In this document: piece after piece, positions 38,920 to 48,185 of the stretch
How positions within the stretch are numbered: position 1 is the first letter of the stretch
Layout of the letters: every line of letters starts with the position of its first letter
Source: a virus
DNA: 64,000 nt
Virus record (IMG/VR): IMGVR_UViG_3300045988_083782
Reading direction: 5' to 3' (one strand)
Program-made: the position numbers and the translations under genes
The notes under the pieces: generated by a model
What the model saw: the letters and a program-made list of their open reading frames with translations, nothing else
Told to the model about the DNA's origin: nothing
Databases searched by the model: none

Positions 38920-38997
38920 TATGCAGAGAAACCAATCTCTGCATACCTAAACTAACTAATAGGAATCCAACCTATGTAATCATTGATCCAATGATTA
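38920..38997. repeat. Intergenic spacer with two perfect inverted repeats (10 bp at 38920-38945; 9 bp at 38977-38997)
   Basis: TATGCAGAGA pairs with TCTCTGCATA, and TAATCATTG pairs with CAATGATTA. Both lie in the 288-nt non-coding gap between two (-) genes. Confidence 0.6.
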
Positions 38998-39126
38998 ATA
39001 TAACTAACATCGCAACTCTGGTCTACACGTGTACGGCGTGAGTACACTCGATTGAACATGATTAGTTATACTCGCTATCGCACTTGCGTATAGTTAGTCG
39101 ATTAACGCGCTAATCTAAAAAATATC

Positions 39127-39930
39127 TTAATCCTCTTCCTCTACATCATCATTAAACAAACGGGAAATACTCCGCAGTTTGTGTGCAGCATCTCCTGTGG
39201 TTAAACATTCACCTCTGCCGATATAAATATCTTGTTTGGTTTCTGTATATTTAACTGAAGCAGATGCTCCCATACAGGGATCTACGTAGAATTTAGCAGC
39301 TCTGAATTTGAACATCCAGAATCTAAACATCCACGAAGATACTGAAGTTAGAATTAATGGTTTAATTAGAGTTTCCTCTGGCTTCTTTACCATTACTTCT
39401 ACATGCAACAAGTCAATATCTTCACCTCTATAGGATCCAACGTTTTTAGTATCTGTATAAACAGAAATACCAATTCTATAACCTTGATCCTCTAGATAAT
39501 CAACAAGTCGCATTACTGTATAAGCTCTGATCATTAATGATTCAGAGCTACACCAGGAATTTTCACAAATACAAACATGTAAATTAATAAACTTACCTTG
39601 TCCAGCACCGTGATTTCGTATACGTTTTTTCATGGCAGGCATCCGTTCTAAGAACCGATCATAATTCATATCATCGCCATCAAATTCGTCATACTTATAT
39701 TTCTTTCTTGAACCTCCAAGAAATAAATCTTCTTCGATTTTCTTAAGATTATCTAGACCTTCTTTGTAAGAAAACTTACTTTCTAGAATCTTTTCTCTAG
39801 ATAGACCTACCCATTCTGGATCGTTTCGTCTATCCATTTCTTCCCATATATTCAGTCGACCGGTTTCTTCAACTTTGTCGGCTTCAATATAGAACTGTTC
39901 TACACTTGGTAACTTAATAGATAAATTCAT
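39127..39930 (-). CDS. Hypothetical protein, translationally coupled partner of the upstream AAA+ ATPase
   Basis: 267-aa ORF. Its ATG overlaps the ATPase stop (ATTATG/TAA junction at 39930). Confidence 0.65.
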   Translation of the reverse strand: MNLSIKLPSVEQFYIEADKVEETGRLNIWEEMDRRNDPEWVGLSREKILESKFSYKEGLDNLKKIEEDLFLGGSRKKYKYDEFDGDDMNYDRFLERMPAMKKRIRNHGAGQGKFINLHVCICENSWCSSESLMIRAYTVMRLVDYLEDQGYRIGISVYTDTKNVGSYRGEDIDLLHVEVMVKKPEETLIKPLILTSVSSWMFRFWMFKFRAAKFYVDPCMGASASVKYTETKQDIYIGRGECLTTGDAAHKLRSISRLFNDDVEEED

Positions 39931-41219
39931 TATGCTGCATATTTAACTTGATAACGATCATTAGTTGATAGTGGATTGTTTAAACGATCAAACACAATTC
40001 GTTTTTCATTATCAGACCAGTTAATAATTAATCGGTCTTTCCAATCAGCAAAATAGTTATTCTTCATTGTATGACCTGCTTGAATCATACGAGTAGAAGC
40101 AATACGGCGTAACTGTTCATCTTTAATGATGCAACGAAGTGAGTTAACATAACTAACAACCTCTTCATCATATTGAGATTCAAACTTGTCAGAGTAATTA
40201 ACATCAATAATACCTCCAACAAATCGGTCAATAGTTGATGCATCTAACTGGTTATTAGCTACATACTGACGATCAGCACCATTACCAAATGTATTTGAAG
40301 TAGCAATAATAATGCACTCCGGATGACGATGAACAAGACCTGTTGTAGTCTCAATTTCACCATTCGCTAGAGCGGCATTACATACCTGTGCTACAGCAGG
40401 ATCCAATGCAGTAAACTCGTCAATAAGAATTACAGACGGTTTATTATAATACTCGCTGAATTTCGTACTTTCTCGTTCCGGATACTTATATCCTACAAAC
40501 TCAGTTGCAGAAGTACCGATACCACAAGAAATACACAAGTAAGGAAGATTAAGTTGTTTTGCTACATTACGAGCAATAGTTGATTTACCACAACCTGCTG
40601 GTCCTACCATCCAAATGTTTGTTACACCAGATTCGATAGTCTTAAGTAGTTTTTCTTCAGGTTCAAGTTTAGCAAAGTCAATAGCTTTTGCTTTAAATTC
40701 TTCCTCTGCTTTACGCTTTTCTTCCTCTTTCTTCTTTCTTTCTTCTTCCTGTTTCTCAGCTTCTTCCATAGCTTTTTTCAATTCTTCGAGTTTAGACTGT
40801 AAATCACTATAACTACGTAACTGGATACCTGATTTAGAAGTTTTATATTCAGTTCCACTTTCACTACGTAATGTGAATTTGTATTCTCCTTTTGTTACAT
40901 TCTTATCTACAGCAACAACAAGAAAGAATCCTGTAGGATTTACTCGTATAGATTTTCCTTCTTTGTCTTTAATACTACTATTAATAGTAGCAAAGATAGT
41001 ATCACCTACTTTTAAATCTTTTATTGATGTTTTACTTTTTGCATCAATAAAATCATCACAGTTAGGTTTTTCCTTTCTGGAGTTAGGTTTTTTCTTTCTG
41101 GTAGGAGGAGTAGGATCTCCCGATCCATCTTCTCCATTAGTTGGTGTAGTACTAGCTTCTTCAAAAGGAGCGTTCCCTTGAAAAGTAGTTACATTACATA
41201 GTTTTTCAATCTCAATCAT
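39930..41219 (-). CDS. AAA+ ATPase (AAA_5/MoxR/CobS-like) with an N-terminal coiled coil
   Basis: Walker A is GPAGCGKST, Walker B is VILIDEF, sensor region is IIATSN, and there is a DASTIDRF motif. The start is taken as MIEIEKL at 41219, because the track's upstream extension runs into the tRNA-like element. Confidence 0.8.
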   Translation of the reverse strand: MIEIEKLCNVTTFQGNAPFEEASTTPTNGEDGSGDPTPPTRKKKPNSRKEKPNCDDFIDAKSKTSIKDLKVGDTIFATINSSIKDKEGKSIRVNPTGFFLVVAVDKNVTKGEYKFTLRSESGTEYKTSKSGIQLRSYSDLQSKLEELKKAMEEAEKQEEERKKKEEEKRKAEEEFKAKAIDFAKLEPEEKLLKTIESGVTNIWMVGPAGCGKSTIARNVAKQLNLPYLCISCGIGTSATEFVGYKYPERESTKFSEYYNKPSVILIDEFTALDPAVAQVCNAALANGEIETTTGLVHRHPECIIIATSNTFGNGADRQYVANNQLDASTIDRFVGGIIDVNYSDKFESQYDEEVVSYVNSLRCIIKDEQLRRIASTRMIQAGHTMKNNYFADWKDRLIINWSDNEKRIVFDRLNNPLSTNDRYQVKYAA

Positions 41220-41259
41220 GATATGATAAAATTTGTAAATAATTCGATAAATAAAAACG

Positions 41260-41385
41260 TGGAGAGAGTAGTGGAATCGAACCACTCCCTGTTTAAGCAT
41301 AATTTACTCAATTAATGAATTAAACTGTCCTAAATATGATACAGATTTTTTATAATCTTATCGCACCTTGCAGACGCACTCTCTC
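41260..41385 (-). ncRNA. tRNA-like element, 126 nt, 8-bp acceptor + 5-bp T-stem, oversized central region
   Basis: On the (-) strand, GAGAGAGT pairs with ACTCTCTC. T-arm is AGTGG-TTCGATT-CCACT. D-arm-like CGT-CTGCAAGGT-GCG. The central 75 nt gives a 5-bp stem with a 6-nt loop (AGATT-ATAAAA-AATCT) plus a GTTTAATT-CATT-AATTGAGT hairpin. No canonical 7-nt anticodon loop was found. Confidence 0.4.
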
Positions 41386-41403
41386 GTTGCCGTTATTCTT
41401 CTA

Positions 41404-42057
41404 TTAGAACGGCAATTGATTAGGGTTTGAATCTTCTCCTGAAGTAAAATCATTTGTAGTAAATGAATTAACAGAAGAAGTACCCATAGCATTCAGTGTA
41501 AGTGAAGTAGCCAAATTTGTTACTGTCTTTTCACTGTCTGCTGTTACCGGTTTTGTGAATTGGTCAATACCTAATTCAACAATAGCGGATGCAGAACCTT
41601 CTGGTAATACCATAGGTTCGATAAATGTATACTTTGCATACGAAGGCAAAGTAGTATAACCATCTTTATTATAAACTACTTTAACACGTAAGAGCTTGGA
41701 CTTGTCTGCATTATTAAGATATGTTACTACCTCGTTTGCAAATTCTTCAAAGCTAGTACCATTAAAGACTAGTTCTTCATTCTTATAGAAACAAAGCAAA
41801 ATCTGCATCATACGCGAAAACTGAGTATCTTCTTTTGCTTGAAGCTGTTCGTCAGTCATACCTTCGAACTTAGTAGGCTTCCACTCTGTTTGCGTAAGAG
41901 TTGCTCCTTCCTTCTCGAAAGTGATTTCCAAGAAATCTTTTCCGGTAGGAGATTTGGCTACTCTTGCTGATTTTAATGTTACGTTTTCGATAATTCCTGT
42001 AGGAATAAACTTTACATCTTTCTTTGCTATTGTTAAGGCTCTTTCTTTACTATACAT
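41404..42057 (-). CDS. Putative single-stranded DNA-binding protein
   Basis: 217-aa ORF located between ATPase genes. It has a flexible Ser/Thr-rich C-terminus ending ...EDSNPNQLPF, like the SSB acidic/IPF tip. Confidence 0.5.
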   Translation of the reverse strand: MYSKERALTIAKKDVKFIPTGIIENVTLKSARVAKSPTGKDFLEITFEKEGATLTQTEWKPTKFEGMTDEQLQAKEDTQFSRMMQILLCFYKNEELVFNGTSFEEFANEVVTYLNNADKSKLLRVKVVYNKDGYTTLPSYAKYTFIEPMVLPEGSASAIVELGIDQFTKPVTADSEKTVTNLATSLTLNAMGTSSVNSFTTNDFTSGEDSNPNQLPF

Positions 42058-42073
42058 GTTCTTTCTAATTTAT

Positions 42074-42814
42074 TTATTCTGGTAAAAATATTTTATCCCA
42101 ATGAACGGTTACTTCATTGTTTTCATTGCTATCTGCAATTGCTATTTTCTGTCCTCTAAGATGTGGAGCTCGTGCCTCTCTTACTGAGTTATCGCCACCT
42201 TCGAACGAAATTATAGTTTCATTCTTTTTACGGTATACATAACCTACAGCATCAGCTTCCCCGCAGACAATATCACCTAAACGTCCAACAAGGTCAATAG
42301 CCATTTCTGTGAGCTCTTCTCCATCTTTATTGATCATCTTATCTTTAGTATGACCAATTAGGATAAAGTTATCACATAGTTCCTTGAACATATTAATAAC
42401 TTTCTTTACAGCTTCTCTAATATAGAGATATCCAGCACCATTAGGTAACTGTCTAACATCTTCTCCTTTGAATGATTTACCCATTGGAGTTTGTCTATAT
42501 AGAGATGCTGCAAATGGTAAACATATCTCCTCTAAACGAGTAGCATTATCAATTGCAATATACTTGTAAGGTCTCTTACCAGTCTCTGCAATCTTCTGTC
42601 TAATAGCATTTGCGATTTCTCCAAGATCATTGACTGTTCTAGCCTGAATTGAGAGGGCTTCGAGAAACTCGGAGCCACCCTCTAAATCGACTATAAGACA
42701 GCCATCTAACTTAGAAATCAATGTAGTTTTACCAGATTTTGGTTTGCCAAATAAGATCAGAAATCTAGGATTCTGCACCTTTGGCGCATTCTTTTCAGTA
42801 GGTAGTACTAACAT
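42074..42814 (-). CDS. RecA-fold ATPase, AAA_24/Sak4-like
   Basis: Walker A is LILFGKPKSGKTT. Also YIAIDNATRLEE and LIGHTKDK motifs. Confidence 0.75.
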   Translation of the reverse strand: MLVLPTEKNAPKVQNPRFLILFGKPKSGKTTLISKLDGCLIVDLEGGSEFLEALSIQARTVNDLGEIANAIRQKIAETGKRPYKYIAIDNATRLEEICLPFAASLYRQTPMGKSFKGEDVRQLPNGAGYLYIREAVKKVINMFKELCDNFILIGHTKDKMINKDGEELTEMAIDLVGRLGDIVCGEADAVGYVYRKKNETIISFEGGDNSVREARAPHLRGQKIAIADSNENNEVTVHWDKIFLPE

Positions 42815-42840
42815 ATTTGTTTTGTTAGATACTGCTTTAC

Positions 42841-42886
42841 GTTATCTGAAAGAATCTGAAAAAGTTATCTGAAAGAATCTGAAAAA
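42841..42886. repeat. Perfect tandem duplication of a 23-nt unit GTTATCTGAAAGAATCTGAAAAA (four ATCTGAAA cores)
   Basis: The two units occupy 42841-42863 and 42864-42886, in the 91-nt gap upstream of the (-) gene starting at 42814. Confidence 0.85.
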
Positions 42887-42905
42887 GTTGAGTAAAGTAG
42901 TATAA

Positions 42906-43406
42906 TTAAAGATTAATTACGGTTGTAGTTTTGTTTACCACCATGATGAAATTCAGAACGAATTTTCTTTGATATGATGATAGATTTTCCAAACAATAAA
43001 CATTGTTACGCTTCGGGATGATTGTATTACCAACCTGAACATACGAGTCATATTCTCGTACCGGAAGTCCTCCGATTTTATAGTCATACCCACGAGGTAG
43101 ATTACGCATCTCTGCATAATCGTGCAATTTCTTCAATGCACGTTCAAAATCCGTTGCAAGGTTATAATTACAACAGTTATTATTAAACGGACACATACAT
43201 TTAGATACGTGATAGCGCGGATTACATCCAAAGCCTACACGTTCTCCCGGACCGATATACTGATAACTTGTTTCAGTCTCAGGTCCATCAATACCATCGA
43301 TAGTCAATTCAGGATATGAATTATTCAGTTGATTCAACAAATACTGTTTGTATACGCCACGAGCGTCTGCTTTTTTATTCGGAAGTGTAATTGTAAAAGA
43401 TTTCAT
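42906..43406 (-). CDS. Hypothetical Cys-rich protein
   Basis: 166-aa ORF containing CNPRYHVSKCMCPFNNNCCNYN. Confidence 0.6.
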   Translation of the reverse strand: MKSFTITLPNKKADARGVYKQYLLNQLNNSYPELTIDGIDGPETETSYQYIGPGERVGFGCNPRYHVSKCMCPFNNNCCNYNLATDFERALKKLHDYAEMRNLPRGYDYKIGGLPVREYDSYVQVGNTIIPKRNNVYCLENLSSYQRKFVLNFIMVVNKTTTVINL

Positions 43407-43444
43407 TTCAGCCTAATTTTAAAGTAAATAAATAATTTCTTGCG

Positions 43445-44371
43445 TTATTTTTCGACTAAGTTACCATATTTCAATTCATTCTCGAATTCTAGTATGAATG
43501 GTTCTCCATCTCTTACTTTAAGAAAATGAAGATACACTTTGTCTTTTACAGGTAGACGGTCTATACCATAAGCTGTTATATTTAACAACTCTGGTCGAGA
43601 TAGAGCTGTCACATAGTCGCTAGCCTGAAAAATAGCATCAGATGCTGCAAGATCACTACGCATTGGATAATGCATAGAAGGGTTGTTAATACGATCCGGT
43701 TGTTCAATATTTCGATTCATCTGTGAAATCTGTATAATACTCGTATTAGAAAGCTTCTTTTTACGAATAAACATTTTCTGTAAATCGACAATAGTACCTC
43801 TTTCAGATTCACCTTGGCCCTCTACAAGCAGGGCATGGTCAAGTATAACTATAAGCCATTTGCCTTTAGCTATGTTCTCGTGAAAGTAGTCAATAGTTTT
43901 TTCCATGTTCTCTACAGTACTTGGCGTATCAATATAATATATTGGATACTTTTTGATCTTATCTGCAACTTCTTCAATTTTATTGAATTCAGTATTAGAT
44001 AGACTTTGATCAGAACTATAGAGTTCTGCTGTAGTCTTTCTCAGTTTATTACTGAGCTTTCTACCTACCTGTCTGTAAGATAACATTTCATAACTAAAAG
44101 ATAGTATAACTATTTCCTGATCCGGATTTAAATCAATTAAGTCAGTTTCAAGCGTATTTGCAAATGCAGATTTACCACTACCACTGCCTCCAGCTATAGT
44201 AACAATCATATTTGGCTCAATACCACCACAACATACTTTATTAAATTTATTCCACCTAGTCTTAAGTGGAACAATCGTTTTGTCTTTTCTCTTGCGAATG
44301 TATTCTAATGATTCATCAGCTACTTCAGAGATAGACCTGAATGGTAAAGTATTAAAGGATTTTTGTTCCAT
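43445..44371 (-). CDS. Replicative DNA helicase, DnaB-like RecA-fold domain
   Basis: Walker A is IAGGSGSGKSAF and Walker B is LIVILDH. The QISQMNR motif is DnaB_C-like. Confidence 0.8.
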   Translation of the reverse strand: MEQKSFNTLPFRSISEVADESLEYIRKRKDKTIVPLKTRWNKFNKVCCGGIEPNMIVTIAGGSGSGKSAFANTLETDLIDLNPDQEIVILSFSYEMLSYRQVGRKLSNKLRKTTAELYSSDQSLSNTEFNKIEEVADKIKKYPIYYIDTPSTVENMEKTIDYFHENIAKGKWLIVILDHALLVEGQGESERGTIVDLQKMFIRKKKLSNTSIIQISQMNRNIEQPDRINNPSMHYPMRSDLAASDAIFQASDYVTALSRPELLNITAYGIDRLPVKDKVYLHFLKVRDGEPFILEFENELKYGNLVEK

Positions 44372-44918
44372 ACTGAACCTCCTTTGCTTGTTGTGATAGT
44401 TGCATTTCCTCCTCGTAACACTCCCACTCGTGTTGAGTGAGCCATTTCCACATCGTCTTCATATAACCTAACTTACCAGAAGTTACTTTATTGTCAATCT
44501 CCCACTTCAGACATCCTAATAGGTAGTCATGCATAGCTCTTGATTTTCCAATAATTTTATTATACTCTTTACGACATTTGTTTACATTAGCCCTTAAGAA
44601 TCCTTTAGTTCCATCAGGTCTTATAACATAAACTGGAAATACTTCATAGAATTCATCAAACATACTTTCTTTATCACTTTTAGTGACTTCAGCAAGTTGT
44701 TCAGATGCTCTATAAATTTTATTATCGTCAGTTATGGTCTCTACGATAATGTTACGTTGAATTAAATCTTGTATCTCTTCGTCACTTACTCGGCTGAGAA
44801 GTTCGTGAACGTCTTGATGATTATTTTGATTTTCGCTCAATACAAGATTAATAAATACTAACTGATTTATTGATATGTTGAATTTCTTCAACAGAGATGT
44901 ATCTAATTCTAGTATCAT
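44352..44918 (-). CDS. Hypothetical protein (possible helicase loader/replication organiser by position)
   Basis: 188-aa ORF overlapping the helicase start by 20 nt. Confidence 0.6.
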   Translation of the reverse strand: MILELDTSLLKKFNISINQLVFINLVLSENQNNHQDVHELLSRVSDEEIQDLIQRNIIVETITDDNKIYRASEQLAEVTKSDKESMFDEFYEVFPVYVIRPDGTKGFLRANVNKCRKEYNKIIGKSRAMHDYLLGCLKWEIDNKVTSGKLGYMKTMWKWLTQHEWECYEEEMQLSQQAKEVQYGTKIL

Positions 44919-44973
44919 AAAAGTTTCACTTTATGACATTTATCTAGATTCTGATACAGTATGATAAGTTATG

Positions 44974-47109
44974 TTAAAATAACGATAACTGTCTTGGTTT
45001 TAAATCTTCGATTATCTTATAGCATTCTCTTAAATAATATCTATAATTAATCTTACGATCTTCTATTGGTTTATCATCGAACATATTTAGTAGAGTAACA
45101 CCAGATGCCGTAAGCATATTCTGATACTGTTTAGTATCAGGTACTAAAGGTGGATTATACGGATCTTTACCTTCTTGAATTAAACTCCAATATGCCATAT
45201 CTGATAATTCGCTTGGATTCCAAGCATAGTGTTCTCCTATTCCTTTCCATTTCCATAAATATGCACCATCTGTAGATGCATAGAAACGATTCGTTCGCTG
45301 TATTTCTTGATTCATGTATTCAACATGCCACTGTTTACCAGTCTTTTCAGACATCAAGAATTTCTTAATATCTGTGCAACCTTTAACAGTGTCTTCAACA
45401 GGAATTCCATCTACAAAATACTTTATAATAGCTTCAGGTATGATTTTAGGTGATAAACCCTTACCTAGTAATACTTCGGTAATAAACATTCCTTTAGTTT
45501 TTATATAGTCTTTGCGAATTTCATCCATATTTCTGTATGTTTCTCCTTTTGCATTCGTAGCTCCATACTTAATATGATCTCCTGTTTTAGGATCCATTAC
45601 TGCTGTAAAATCTCTGAATTCATGCTTTTTCTTAGCATAACCTTCTTTTACTGCAATATAGTCATTGATCGCATATTGATACATAGCCTCAAAACGATCT
45701 TCTTCTAATGTTAGTTTAGTTAATTGTTCCCACTCTCTACATACGATGTTTACTTTATCATATACAGATTTCTTAAGTAAGACAAATAAACCATCAGTAT
45801 TTGCTTGTACTATTCGGCACCCTAGCTCTACTAATTTCTCTGCTAACATTAATAACAATAACTGTCCATTAATACGTATTTGCATTACTGCAAATGGACT
45901 ATAACAGAAGTTATGTTCATTTTGAAGATTACCACTCAAACCATTAAGTGCTAACTTCAATGTACTATCTTTAATTTTATCTCCGTTATGTTTAGCTTCT
46001 ATTCTTTCAGATCTAATCTGAGAATATACTTCTAAGAATTCTGGACCTAAATGTTTAGGATAAAATCCATATTCTATCAACATACTTGGATATAGTGACG
46101 CTACGTCAATATCGATAAGCATTTCATCTTCTGCTGGAATTATTATTTCAGGATCATTCTTAGAATGAATCCCACCAACTCCAACAGTATATCTCAATCC
46201 ACCAAATACAAAGTTCTTTTCATAACCTTTTCTGCCAGGAGAAACTACTTGAGTTTTCATTTCATCTAGTATAGATTTAAGTATAGGACTATCGTATTTA
46301 ATAAAAGGTAATATAACATCTTTCAGTGGTATATAGGCTTGAGGAGATCTTAAGTCTTTAATATCCCACCATGTTAAGCCTGTCTTTTCAAGATATTTGT
46401 GAGTTAGAATTTTCATTCCAATATTCACTCCATCTTTACTAAGAACTTTTACACCATACTCGTCTTCAATAGCTAATCGCAAATCAATATCTTTCTTACA
46501 CCTATCAAGTAATGCAGAAGTAGATTCAATATCATTGATATTATAATCTATCATACTGTCAAAATCTTCAATAGGCAAAGGCTTACTCCAATCACATACA
46601 AATTCCTGTACATTCTTGTATTGCATAGTAACCTGAATTTCTTTCAAGCCTACTCTAAGTTTATTAGAGTAAAGCATAGTGAGAATATCAAAGCTATCAA
46701 ACCATACTTGATATTTCCATCTTTTCCATTTTTCTATATTCTCTCCAGAGTTGGTAATCTCTCTACTTAGATTGAATATAGAATTAGTAATTACAGGTAC
46801 AGGATTTTCAGCAAGTACATGTTCATACTCTATAATGTAATTGATGACAGGATTATCATAATGTAAATTGTTATAACCGCAGAATATTTTATCTGAGTCG
46901 ATACTACAATTCGTAGTATAGTTATCATTCCATGAAACAGGCAAATTTACTTGTTTAAAGAACGATATAAGTTCAGATAACTGATTTTTACGAGGAGATA
47001 TTTCAAACTTATGTATTTCTTTTGTTTCTGTATTAATAGCAGAACAATGAAAGATATTTTGAAATACTTCGATATCATATACAAATACGGTTTTACCTCT
47101 GATTTGCAT
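44974..47109 (-). CDS. Family B DNA polymerase
   Basis: Exo I is VYDIEV, Exo II is YNNLHYDNPV, Exo III is YNINDIES. Motif A is DVASLYPS, motif B is KLALNGLSGN, motif C is ANTDG. Confidence 0.9.
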   Translation of the reverse strand: MQIRGKTVFVYDIEVFQNIFHCSAINTETKEIHKFEISPRKNQLSELISFFKQVNLPVSWNDNYTTNCSIDSDKIFCGYNNLHYDNPVINYIIEYEHVLAENPVPVITNSIFNLSREITNSGENIEKWKRWKYQVWFDSFDILTMLYSNKLRVGLKEIQVTMQYKNVQEFVCDWSKPLPIEDFDSMIDYNINDIESTSALLDRCKKDIDLRLAIEDEYGVKVLSKDGVNIGMKILTHKYLEKTGLTWWDIKDLRSPQAYIPLKDVILPFIKYDSPILKSILDEMKTQVVSPGRKGYEKNFVFGGLRYTVGVGGIHSKNDPEIIIPAEDEMLIDIDVASLYPSMLIEYGFYPKHLGPEFLEVYSQIRSERIEAKHNGDKIKDSTLKLALNGLSGNLQNEHNFCYSPFAVMQIRINGQLLLLMLAEKLVELGCRIVQANTDGLFVLLKKSVYDKVNIVCREWEQLTKLTLEEDRFEAMYQYAINDYIAVKEGYAKKKHEFRDFTAVMDPKTGDHIKYGATNAKGETYRNMDEIRKDYIKTKGMFITEVLLGKGLSPKIIPEAIIKYFVDGIPVEDTVKGCTDIKKFLMSEKTGKQWHVEYMNQEIQRTNRFYASTDGAYLWKWKGIGEHYAWNPSELSDMAYWSLIQEGKDPYNPPLVPDTKQYQNMLTASGVTLLNMFDDKPIEDRKINYRYYLRECYKIIEDLKPRQLSLF

Positions 47110-47130
47110 ATAAATTAAAGATTAGTTTAG

Positions 47131-47243
47131 ATCCCGTAGAAGGATTCGAACCTTCGTCTTAAACCTTATTAGCTCAGTCGGATTTTACAAAGACTACTAC
47201 CTTGCTATACAGCTATATATGTCTAGCAGCTAAGTGTACGGGA
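47131..47243 (-). ncRNA. tRNA-like element, 113 nt
   Basis: On the (-) strand, TCCCGTA pairs with TACGGGA for the acceptor. T-arm is GAAGG-TTCGAAT-CCTTC. The interior forms TTAGC/GCTAA, TGCTA/TAGCA and TAGTC/GACTG helices instead of a standard D/anticodon cloverleaf. Confidence 0.4.
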
Positions 47244-47248
47244 AACAT

Positions 47249-47272
47249 CTCGTTTTTCCTAGAACGAGAAAA
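47249..47272 (-). terminator. Hairpin TCTCGTT/AACGAGA between gene 47291-47509 and the tRNA-like element
   Basis: 7-bp stem with an 8-nt loop; no clear U-tract. Confidence 0.4.
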
Positions 47273-47290
47273 CTACGTCTAAAGATAAAT

Positions 47291-47509
47291 TTATGAAGTT
47301 TGTAATTCTAGTAGAAATAAATCTATCCTAGAATCATCATAGTAACAATCATACTTTGTGTTTCGTAGATTGTTTGTGGCATCTGGGTACAAGCGATATG
47401 CTTCTGCAAATACTGCTTGCCCTAATCGTACTTGTCCATTTACTTTTATGGACTTCTCTGCATTCCTTTTAATCATAATGCAGTCAACTTGATCTGGATT
47501 ACGCGGCAT
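47291..47509 (-). CDS. Small hypothetical protein
   Basis: 72-aa ORF overlapping the upstream gene by 11 nt. Confidence 0.55.
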   Translation of the reverse strand: MPRNPDQVDCIMIKRNAEKSIKVNGQVRLGQAVFAEAYRLYPDATNNLRNTKYDCYYDDSRIDLFLLELQTS

Positions 47510-48113
47510 GTTTATATATATAATAACGTGGATAATCTTTCTTTATACCTTCTTGTGTATATATACGAATACTTGCAAAGTCTTCCCATTTCTGTTCTAA
47601 CTTGTCACGAAGTCCCTCTCCGATACGTCTAAGTTCCTCTACGCTCTTATTACTAGGGTTACTACTAAAAGCATACGGAAGCTTATTGCGATCTAATCGG
47701 TATACTACTAACCAATTAGTCTTTTCCTTCTTCTTTCGGGACTCTTGCGTCTTTTTAAAGCGAAAATCCTTCTGTTGCTCAATGATCTCCTTGATTCGTT
47801 TTTCATGAAGTGCGCGAGCAGTTTGTTGTTTAAGCAATCGGTTTTCCTTACCGTATACTTGTGCAACTAGTAAATTGTGTTTATTACTAAACGGCAATTT
47901 TTCATAACGTTCTGACTTCGGAGCCTTCTTAGTAAGCTCTTTCTTTACTGGTGTCGTAAACGTTAGTTCATCAAGTACTGGATGACGAAGCATATAATGA
48001 CGATTATTACTATCTCTCACTTTTTGTTCCTGATTAGCTTTCTTACTTGCTAAACCTTGTTCTGTCCAATAATTGATATATGTATTATTCTTCACTTGAA
48101 ATGTTTTATTCAT
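47499..48113 (-). CDS. Basic hypothetical protein (Lys/Arg-rich)
   Basis: 204-aa ORF preceded by the recurring leader motif. Confidence 0.65.
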   Translation of the reverse strand: MNKTFQVKNNTYINYWTEQGLASKKANQEQKVRDSNNRHYMLRHPVLDELTFTTPVKKELTKKAPKSERYEKLPFSNKHNLLVAQVYGKENRLLKQQTARALHEKRIKEIIEQQKDFRFKKTQESRKKKEKTNWLVVYRLDRNKLPYAFSSNPSNKSVEELRRIGEGLRDKLEQKWEDFASIRIYTQEGIKKDYPRYYIYKHAA

Positions 48114-48141
48114 TTTTTGATAAATTTAAATAGTTTGTAAT
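48114..48141 (-). promoter_or_regulatory. Recurring AT-rich leader motif (..TTTAAA..TTATCAAAAA-ATG)
   Basis: The (-) strand reads attacaaactaTTTAAAtTTATCAAAAA immediately before the ATG at 48113. Confidence 0.45.
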
Positions 48142-48150
48142 AAGTTTGTT

Positions 48151-48176
48151 AAGGGCGATTTCTCGCCCTTTTTTGT
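48151..48176 (+). terminator. Strong hairpin AGGGCGA/TCGCCCT with its T-tract on the (+) strand, inside the (-) module
   Basis: 7-bp GC-rich stem with a TTTC loop, followed by TTTTTTG on the (+) strand. On the (-) strand it is followed by TTAACAAAC. Confidence 0.6.
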
Positions 48177-48185
48177 AATTGCTAC

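Noticed and set aside
47161-47200. Apparent (+) strand tRNA D-arm TTAGCTCAGTCGG
   Set aside because: No complementary GAGC for the D-stem follows it. The only canonical T-loop nearby (TTCGAAT) reads on the (-) strand. It is treated as part of the (-) strand tRNA-like element.
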